DNA of 64,000 nucleotides from Candidatus Magasanikiibacteriota bacterium (lineage in GTDB: Bacteria > Patescibacteriota > Patescibacteriia > Magasanikbacterales > GWA2-37-8), in the NCBI GenBank assembly GCA_041665405.1, contig JBAYIZ010000006.1:407-64406 (forward strand), read 5' to 3'. This document shows, piece after piece, positions 57,915 through 64,000 of the stretch. The translations under genes were made by a program, and so were the position numbers. Each line of letters starts with the position of its first letter. Position 1 is the first letter of the stretch. The notes beneath the pieces were generated by a model. The model had not been told where the DNA came from, ran no database searches, and saw only the letters and a list, made by a program, of their open reading frames with translations.

Positions 57915-58664
57915 TTAAATTTTGTATTTGAAGATGTGTGGGTATAGTTTTTTGAAAATATAATCTGAGAAAAAACCAATTATTCCAATGACAACGATTC
58001 CGACATATAAATCCGGTATATTAGAAAACCTTTGTGCTTCCTTGATCATGTGACCAATACCAGAATTTGCGGCAACCAACTCTGCAATTACGAGATAAGT
58101 CCAACACCACCCCAATGTTATTCGGGAATTATTAAATAATTGCGGAGCGATACTCGATAGTTTTATCTTTAGCACTTTATATTTACTAAAATTTAAGGTA
58201 TGAGATAAATCTAGATATTCTTTAGGAACATTATTTAAATCATCTATTACTAATAAGATAAGTTGAAAAAAAGTGCCAATGAATAAAAGTGATATTTTAG
58301 CACCTTCTCCTATACCAAAAAATAAAATTGTTAATGGGATTAAGGCTGGCACGGGTAAATATCTAATAAAGTCTATATATGGCGAAAGTAAATCGTGTAG
58401 TTTTTTCCACGAACTCATCAATAGCGCGAGCGAAAGAGCAATAACAAAAGCTAACAAGAACGCTACTAAAACTCGAAAAATAGAAATACCAATATCTAAC
58501 ACAAAGGATTTTTCTAAAAACAATTTTTGTGTCGCTGTTAAAAAATCCTGTATTGTCGGAAAGAATATGGGGTTTATAAGTTTAATCCATGAACCCAAAA
58601 TCCACAGTGATAATAAAATCACTATGGAAATTGGGAAGATATAATTTCCTCTAAACAGTTTCAT
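57915..58664 (-). CDS. ABC transporter permease (BPD inner-membrane component)
   Basis: Six TM helices, EAA-like loop; 249 aa. Confidence 0.8.
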   Translation of the reverse strand: MKLFRGNYIFPISIVILLSLWILGSWIKLINPIFFPTIQDFLTATQKLFLEKSFVLDIGISIFRVLVAFLLAFVIALSLALLMSSWKKLHDLLSPYIDFIRYLPVPALIPLTILFFGIGEGAKISLLFIGTFFQLILLVIDDLNNVPKEYLDLSHTLNFSKYKVLKIKLSSIAPQLFNNSRITLGWCWTYLVIAELVAANSGIGHMIKEAQRFSNIPDLYVGIVVIGIIGFFSDYIFKKLYPHIFKYKI

Positions 58665-58676
58665 GGAGATATTAAT

Positions 58677-59678
58677 TTACTTATAACTTGTAATTGTCTT
58701 GTCTGATAATTTATCGCTTGATTTTACCCTTACTCCTGCCGAGTTGTTGCTTTCTAAAATATTACCCACAAGATCAAAAGTTAAATAAGCATTGTTGACT
58801 TGTTTCTTGTCAAACAATTTTTGATTATCTTCTAGCGTCAGCCAACTAACTCCTGATTTGATATCATTCATTTCAGCCTTATCTACACCAAAGGCGTCAG
58901 CCATAATTTGCATTGATTCATCTGGATTCTTTTGCCAATAATCGACAGCTGAAAACCAACCATCCGAAATCTTTTTAAGAACTTCTTGGTCGTTTTTAAC
59001 TAAATTTTCTGAGGCAAATAATAAATCGACAATTAAACCTGGTGTATCTGCACTTGAAACCAATATCTTTGCTCCGGCTCTTTTATCTGCGCTAATAGAT
59101 AAATAAGGTTCATAAGTAGCAGCAACATCTACCTGGCTCGCAACAAATGCATTTCCTGCGTCTGCTGAAGGAAGGTCTTTGAAGCTTACATCTGCCAAGC
59201 TTAATCCTTCTTTATTTAACAAATATTGTAAGATGAAATAAGGAGGAAAACCAGGTTCAGCGGCGACTGTTTTACCTTTTAAGTCTTTCAGTTCTGAAAT
59301 GTTACTAGAAACAACCACGCCATCGCCACCATGTGATTCGTCTATAGCAAGGAATCCAACCCCTGGAGGTTCATTACCTTCTACAGCTTGAAAAATATCA
59401 TACGTTGCAGCGTACATGTCGATCTGTCCGCTGTTCATAGCGGCCCTAAGATCACCGATTGATTCAATTCGAACCAAATTTACATCTACATCATTAAAAA
59501 AATTTTTTTCTTTTGCTAAGTATAGCGGTGCATATCCAGGAAATGTAACCATCCCGATAGTAACTGATTTTTTAGATTGTAGATTTTTTGTGTCATTCTT
59601 GTTACTTTGTGTAAAAACAATTACTAACACAACCACGACGAATAGGGCAACGATTGTCCTGATGATTTTCTTATTCAT
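58677..59678 (-). CDS. ABC transporter substrate-binding protein, NMT1/THI5/SsuA-like
   Basis: Signal/TM anchor MNKKIIRTIVALFVVVVLVIVF followed by a type II PBP fold (GYAPLYLAKEKNFF). Confidence 0.75.
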   Translation of the reverse strand: MNKKIIRTIVALFVVVVLVIVFTQSNKNDTKNLQSKKSVTIGMVTFPGYAPLYLAKEKNFFNDVDVNLVRIESIGDLRAAMNSGQIDMYAATYDIFQAVEGNEPPGVGFLAIDESHGGDGVVVSSNISELKDLKGKTVAAEPGFPPYFILQYLLNKEGLSLADVSFKDLPSADAGNAFVASQVDVAATYEPYLSISADKRAGAKILVSSADTPGLIVDLLFASENLVKNDQEVLKKISDGWFSAVDYWQKNPDESMQIMADAFGVDKAEMNDIKSGVSWLTLEDNQKLFDKKQVNNAYLTFDLVGNILESNNSAGVRVKSSDKLSDKTITSYK

Positions 59679-59789
59679 ACTTTTTATGTTAATTAAGGAA
59701 TTATTTGATTATGTGTTTATTGTAGCATTTTTTTTGGCAGTTGAAAAACAGCGGTAGACGTTAACATTGTTAACAGAACATAATATCAC

Positions 59790-59930
59790 AAAACTAAGGT
59801 TTTGTCAATGGTGTCACTTGACTTATGGTGACACTTATGATATGATAGTATTGCCTCTGTAAAGAGCAAAAACAACACAGTGTGTCACTGGTATGGTGAC
59901 AAATGTGACAAAAACCATGTTATTCTATAA
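59790..59930. promoter_or_regulatory. divergent control region with operator-like inverted repeats GTGTCAC-N10-GTGACAC and GTGTCAC-N7-GTGACA-N3-GTGACA
   Basis: The palindromes lie between the minus-strand ABC operon and the plus-strand TrmB-like gene at 59949. Confidence 0.4.
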
Positions 59931-59948
59931 TTTTTATCCACACCATTT

Positions 59949-61118
59949 ATGCTGATAAAAGACCTCCAATCTATCGGTTTTACCAAGAATCTATCTGAGG
60001 TTTATTTGTCTTTAGCCCAATTGGGAGGCCAGGCCAAAGCTGGGGAAATCATCAAAAAGACAGGTTTACACCGAAATATCGTTTATATTTGTTTAGACAA
60101 ACTAATAGAAAAGCAATTATTAACTAAAACCGAAGAACGCGGTGTTACTATTTATAAAACACTAGATCCAGCCCGACTAATGAATGAAATTCGAGAAAAA
60201 GAACAATTAACAACAAATATTATTGAAGAAATTGAAGCATTAAAAAAGCATCCAGACACTCAAGAAATAATTGTCCACGAAGGTTTGGAAGGTTTTAGAA
60301 ATTTCAATCTCTATACTTTGAAAAAAATCGAAGAAGGTGGCACATTGCAAGTGCTTGGTTCCATTGGAGATAAATGGTTTGAATACATGGGTGAAGAAAA
60401 GTACAAAGAATATATAAAAATACAAAACAAGAAAAAAATTAAGTGGGAGATGATTACTTATTTTGATTCAAAACGCGACAAACAATTTATTAATGACTAT
60501 CCAGAATTATGCGAGGTAAAATTATTACCGCAGACATATGATAATCCGGCCAGCATTTATATTTTTGGAGATACAATTTCAATAAATATTTTTACCGAAC
60601 CATTTTCGGTGATTGAAATAAAAAATCGCGCGGTGGCGGATGTATATAGAAATTATTTTAGTTTGTTGTGGAACCAAGAAGTGTTTACCTATCGCGGTTG
60701 GGATGCGATTGATAAAATTTTGTGTGCGAATTTGGAAGATGGATTTACTTATGATGTTTTTGGGGCAACATATGGTGTGGGTACAAAAGAGGAACAAGAT
60801 CGCGTGTTGGAATTTTTTATGGAGAACCACAGAAAGACCGCACACTTTAAACCAAATAGACGATTGATATTTTTTGAACAAGATCGTGAGCAGGCGGCTA
60901 AAGAAGTTTCTCCGTTGGATGCAGACACTCGTAAAAATGTTCGTTTGCGTTTTCTGTCAGACAAATATTTTTCGCCGATGGAGACACATTTGTTTAAAGA
61001 TAAAGTAATTTTAATTTTTTCTTTTGGCGAACCAATCGCGACAGTTTATACCAATCCAAAAATAATTGAAGTTTACAAAAAACAATTTGAGTTGTGGTGG
61101 GGGATGTCGGTGGAATAA
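59949..61118 (+). CDS. TrmB-like regulator, long paralog (389 aa)
   Basis: N-terminal wHTH IGFTKNLSEVYLSLAQLGGQAKAGEIIKKTGLHRNIVYICLDKLIEKQLL plus a C-terminal effector-like domain. Paralogous to 61919 and 63976. Confidence 0.7.
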   Translation: MLIKDLQSIGFTKNLSEVYLSLAQLGGQAKAGEIIKKTGLHRNIVYICLDKLIEKQLLTKTEERGVTIYKTLDPARLMNEIREKEQLTTNIIEEIEALKKHPDTQEIIVHEGLEGFRNFNLYTLKKIEEGGTLQVLGSIGDKWFEYMGEEKYKEYIKIQNKKKIKWEMITYFDSKRDKQFINDYPELCEVKLLPQTYDNPASIYIFGDTISINIFTEPFSVIEIKNRAVADVYRNYFSLLWNQEVFTYRGWDAIDKILCANLEDGFTYDVFGATYGVGTKEEQDRVLEFFMENHRKTAHFKPNRRLIFFEQDREQAAKEVSPLDADTRKNVRLRFLSDKYFSPMETHLFKDKVILIFSFGEPIATVYTNPKIIEVYKKQFELWWGMSVE

Positions 61119-61127
61119 AATTTAAAA

Positions 61128-61162
61128 ACAAAAAACCGATTGCAGATTGCAGTCGGTTTTTT
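61128..61162 (+). terminator. conserved TrmB-paralog terminator AAAAAACCGATTGCAGATTGCAGTCGGTTTTTT
   Basis: Same family as 56227 and 63041. Confidence 0.65.
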
Positions 61163-61308
61163 GATAACTTCTTGAGCTCAACAAGATGTTGGAGTGAATG
61201 AGCGGTCACTACCAGCCGCGTGACTTTTTGTTTTACCGGTAGTCACAAACCGGATGATCCCAGACCCCTCATCAGCGGACCATTGAATTGTCCTGAAACT
61301 TTGCACCT

Positions 61309-61707
61309 CTACGCCTGTTCGCGACAGGGCAGGCATTCGTAGCCCACCCAAAGGCCGTTGGCAAAGGTGAAGTCGAAGTCCCAGCGGTTGTCACCACCGT
61401 ACCAGCAGAGGCTGGCAGTGTATTTGAATCCATTGGGGGCGAGAAGAGTGGTGCCAGTGAGCACGATCTTCTTCTTACGCATTTTCATCGGAATCTGGTC
61501 TTGGTGGTCAAGCAGTTGCTGGCCGTCACGCACTCCAAGGACGCCATTCCGACGACGTGCGCGTTCGCGCAATTCGGAGCCCTTGATGCATTCCTCGCCA
61601 CGCTTGAGGCACGACTCGATCCGGAGCTTGTTGATGTGAAGATCTGCAATTGGATCACAGTCTTCCACAACCTTAAACTCCACCCTGTTCCAAACGAATG
61701 TATTCAC
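61309..61707 (-). CDS. GC-rich Cys-rich small protein (132 aa, GTG start), hypothetical; GC island 5
   Basis: SD AAGGAGGTGA-4-GTG. About 58% GC. Contains CxxC-like pairs (ESCLKRGEEC, ECLPCRE). Divergent from the TrmB paralog at 61919. Confidence 0.45.
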   Translation of the reverse strand: MNTFVWNRVEFKVVEDCDPIADLHINKLRIESCLKRGEECIKGSELRERARRRNGVLGVRDGQQLLDHQDQIPMKMRKKKIVLTGTTLLAPNGFKYTASLCWYGGDNRWDFDFTFANGLWVGYECLPCREQA

Positions 61708-61918
61708 CTTTCACCTCCTTGCGGTTCTGACAGGTTGGTTGCTCTGAAGAGAGCAATTGTTGTTAACAACTCAATAAAATATCATATTTCACTTTATTGG
61801 TCAATCATTTTATCCCTAAAATTAGCAAAAAAATCAGATAAAAGCTGACAAAATTATGTTGGGGGTTGACTTTTTGGCTAAATTCATATAAAATAATCAT
61901 CATAAATAATATGACAAT

Positions 61919-63031
61919 ATGTTAGAACAAAAACTAGAAAAACTTGGTTTTGGAAAAAACGAAGTGAAAGTATATCTAGCTCTTTTTGATTTGGGTAAAT
62001 GTAAAGCCAAACAAATCATTGATAACACAGGTCTTCATCGTAATCTTGTCTACACGGCACTTGATGATTTGATTGGAAAGAAATTAATTTCAAAAGTCGA
62101 GAGTAATGGAATTTTTTTATTTTGGGTTAATAGCCCTGAACTTTTGAACGAAATAATAGAAGAAAAAGCTATAACGGCAAAAGAAGTGATTGAACAATTA
62201 AAAAAGAAAAGCGCCAGTCAACCTCGTGAGATATTAATTTATGAAGGTGAAGAGGGTGTGAAGAAAAGTCGCACCAAAGTTTTAACATATGGAAAAGGAG
62301 ATACATTTTATATGTTAGGAACAAAAGCGAGTTTCTCGCCTTCGATGGAAAAATTTTCAAAGGAGTTTGATTCGCTAAGAATTAAAAAGGGAATTTATTC
62401 AAAAATTTTAGTCGAACATGATGTGAATAAAGATGAACTTAAACATCTTAATAAAATGCCACTTAGTGAAGCCAAGCACCTTCCTCTTGATTTGGAAATG
62501 CCTATTTGGTTTTCAGTTATTCAAGATTATTTGGAAATTGGCATCCCAGGCGTTGATCCACTGATTTTTTCGATAAAAAATAAAGCGGTGGCTGGGGCAA
62601 TAAAAAAATTTATAGATTTTTTCTGGAATCAAGAATCCGAAGTTGTTACAGGCGCAAAGGCTTTACAAGAGATTATGTTGGAATCCATTGATTATGGTGA
62701 GTTGAAAGGTATCGGCGCAAAAGGCAATTTTTTTGAAAATTATCCGGGATTTTTTAATGATATAAAAAAGCGAGCAGTAATGAAACAAGGACTGGTCTGG
62801 AGAAACATTGTTGATCCAAGTATGAAAGGGCATGAGATTACAAAATTTTTGTGGACTAAAACAAAATATAATTTATCCGATACAAAAAATCCCAATGTTG
62901 TTTGGTTGTATGGCCCGAAAGCTGTGATTATAAATTGGGCGGATAAAGAACCTGTGATGTTTGTTTCTACAAATAAGGCGCTAGTGCAAAGTTATAATGA
63001 TTATTTTGAGGAGATGTGGGGTAAAGATTAA
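61919..63031 (+). CDS. TrmB-like regulator, long paralog (370 aa)
   Basis: LGFGKNEVKVYLALFDLGKCKAKQIIDNTGLHRNLVYTALDDLIGKKLI wHTH. Its 5' leader and terminator are duplicated with the next unit. Confidence 0.7.
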   Translation: MLEQKLEKLGFGKNEVKVYLALFDLGKCKAKQIIDNTGLHRNLVYTALDDLIGKKLISKVESNGIFLFWVNSPELLNEIIEEKAITAKEVIEQLKKKSASQPREILIYEGEEGVKKSRTKVLTYGKGDTFYMLGTKASFSPSMEKFSKEFDSLRIKKGIYSKILVEHDVNKDELKHLNKMPLSEAKHLPLDLEMPIWFSVIQDYLEIGIPGVDPLIFSIKNKAVAGAIKKFIDFFWNQESEVVTGAKALQEIMLESIDYGELKGIGAKGNFFENYPGFFNDIKKRAVMKQGLVWRNIVDPSMKGHEITKFLWTKTKYNLSDTKNPNVVWLYGPKAVIINWADKEPVMFVSTNKALVQSYNDYFEEMWGKD

Positions 63032-63040
63032 CACTAAGAA

Positions 63041-63076
63041 CAAAAAACCGATTGCGATATGCAGTCGGTTTTTTAA
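63041..63076 (+). terminator. conserved TrmB-paralog terminator AAAAAACCGATTGCGATATGCAGTCGGTTTTTT
   Basis: Same family as 56227 and 61128. Confidence 0.65.
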
Positions 63077-63168
63077 TTACTTCTTGAACCAAAATGATTT
63101 AGTTCGAAAAGTAGCTGCGCGTCTTTTTGACCGGGACGCGCAACCGGGTGAGAGGGTGGAACCGGACG

Positions 63169-63660
63169 TCACAGGAATGCGATTCCCAGTGACGGCTGGA
63201 ACAGCAACGAGTAATCGCCGCCATCCAGGGTCTTCGCCAGTCCAAATGCCATGGACAGCGACAGACCGTTTCCGATTCCGTAGGCCAGGCCGGTGCCCAG
63301 ACCAACCAAGTCGGAAGACGGCTTGCCGCCGTAACCGACATTGCGCTGGTAGAGCACGCTGGCCTGGGTGGACCAACGATCAGTCAGTCCCAGCGACACA
63401 CCTGCAGAGAGGCGTGGGCTGGGCTTGCAACTGTCGTTGGGGGTGGCCAGCCCGATTCCGCCCGCGATGGACACCTTGTTGGAGACCTTCTCCGACAGCG
63501 AGATGTCGTAGCGGGTGGAGGCCGAGGCGGGGGTGAGCCCGTCCTTCAGGAGGACGACGTAGCCCTCCCGGATGTTGAAGACCGGGGTCAGGGCGCTGGC
63601 CGAAGCCGAGACACCGCTCAGAACCACGGCCACCAGGACGATCAGGGTGGAGATCTTCAT
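63169..63660 (-). CDS. GC-rich secreted beta-barrel OMP-like protein (163 aa); GC island 6
   Basis: Signal peptide MKISTLIVLVAVVLSGVSASASA, Gly-rich amphipathic strands, C-terminal ...LGIAFL aromatic terminus; SD GAGGTG. About 62% GC. Confidence 0.5.
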   Translation of the reverse strand: MKISTLIVLVAVVLSGVSASASALTPVFNIREGYVVLLKDGLTPASASTRYDISLSEKVSNKVSIAGGIGLATPNDSCKPSPRLSAGVSLGLTDRWSTQASVLYQRNVGYGGKPSSDLVGLGTGLAYGIGNGLSLSMAFGLAKTLDGGDYSLLFQPSLGIAFL

Positions 63661-63728
63661 GGGACACCTCTGCAGACCAGAAGGCCTGCCATCTGCATTA
63701 GTCAGTCAGGTTGCATTTGCGAACCCAT

Positions 63729-63776
63729 ACTGCTTTTGCCAGACGAAATAGTTCACAATAGATCTTATGGACTATT
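63729..63776 (-). promoter_or_regulatory. long perfect 16-bp inverted repeat (TGCCAGACGAAATAGT...ACTATTTCGTCTGGCA) in the 5' leader of the island 6 gene
   Basis: It sits between the minus-strand promoter at 63829-63857 and the ATG at 63660. Confidence 0.5.
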
Positions 63777-63828
63777 TCGTCTGGCAGTTGTAAAGAACAG
63801 TGTTACGGGTTATTGATCGTAACAAGCC

Positions 63829-63857
63829 AGTATATCATATATTTGTATACTTGTCAA
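63829..63857 (-). promoter_or_regulatory. promoter TTGACA-17-TATACT (perfect consensus) driving the island 6 gene
   Basis: Reverse complement TTGACAAGTATACAAATATATGATATACT. The homologous position in the preceding unit (61770-61798) reads TTGACC-17-TATTTT. Confidence 0.5.
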
Positions 63858-63920
63858 GGGTTTTTTGGCTAAAACTAGCTAAAAACAAGCATAAATAAGG
63901 ATGACAAAAAAATCATAAAC

Positions 63921-63949
63921 TTGACAAATTTGGCTAATCATAGTATAAT
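63921..63949 (+). promoter_or_regulatory. promoter TTGACA-17-TATAAT for the fourth TrmB-like paralog
   Basis: Homologous to TTGACT...TAAAAT upstream of 61919. Confidence 0.5.
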
Positions 63950-63975
63950 AATATTGTCATAAATAATATGATAAT

Positions 63976-64000
63976 ATGTTAGAAAACGAGCTTTTAAAAC
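63976..64000 (+). CDS. TrmB-like regulator paralog, 5' end only (runs off window)
   Basis: ATGTTAGAAAACGAGCTTTTAAAAC (MLENELLK) with the same conserved leader TCATAAATAATATGAYAAT-ATGTTAGAA as 61919. Confidence 0.45.

Noticed and set aside
63077-63667. ORFs 63077..63376 -, 63099..63341 -, 62997..63536 +, 63380..63667 - overlapping island 6
   Set aside because: Arg/Trp/Pro-rich GC-artefact frames. The 63169..63660 frame has a signal peptide and an RBS.
1-64000. CRISPR array, cas genes, integrase, transposase, reverse transcriptase or DGR, prophage
   Set aside because: No regularly spaced direct repeats. No ORF has recombinase (tyrosine or serine), DDE or YxDD signatures. The islands and repeats therefore have no visible mobilisation machinery in this window.

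Overview
The window is AT-rich (about 35% GC), compact, and looks like a Candidate Phyla Radiation (CPR)/Patescibacteria-type chromosome. Evidence for that: lamin-tail-domain surface protein, a type IV pilus locus, H+-pyrophosphatase, many TrmB-like regulators, minimal metabolism.

It carries the replication origin neighbourhood (rpmH-rnpA-yidD, dnaA-dnaN with DnaA boxes) and a partial str operon (rpsL-rpsG-fusA, no tuf). It also has a long type IV pilus/two-component locus, cell-wall enzymes (PBP1A, LysM-M23, 3D-domain, GT4), riboflavin genes, polA, uvrD/pcrA, tgt, trpS, and a radical-SAM/methyltransferase/class V aminotransferase operon next to an NMT1-type ABC transporter.

Four things are not explained by ordinary gene content:
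- A roughly 55-nt conserved structured core appears three times, each embedded in a different long hairpin downstream of rpsG, rnpA and tRNA-Cys. It shows compensatory base-pair changes, which makes it a candidate ncRNA, ribozyme or hairpin-targeting mini-element.
- A short GC-rich palindromic element (GGATTCCCG...CGGGAATGACA) occurs four times. Two copies are inserted in-frame inside the tgt and uvrD/pcrA coding sequences, in the manner of Rickettsia palindromic elements.
- Six short high-GC islands (about 60% GC, 0.3-0.6 kb) each encode one small protein, two of them signal-peptide beta-barrel OMP-like. Four of them (islands 1, 2, 4 and 6) are driven by near-consensus AT-rich host-type promoters.
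- A tandem array of diverged TrmB-like regulator units has each regulator divergent from a different cargo: the biosynthetic operon, the ABC transporter, or a GC-rich island gene.

In addition, the fusA-downstream region carries a MITE-like pair of 24-bp inverted repeats and a promoter-to-terminator unit of about 330 nt that may be a ncRNA or small ORF.

No CRISPR array, integrase, transposase or reverse transcriptase was seen.
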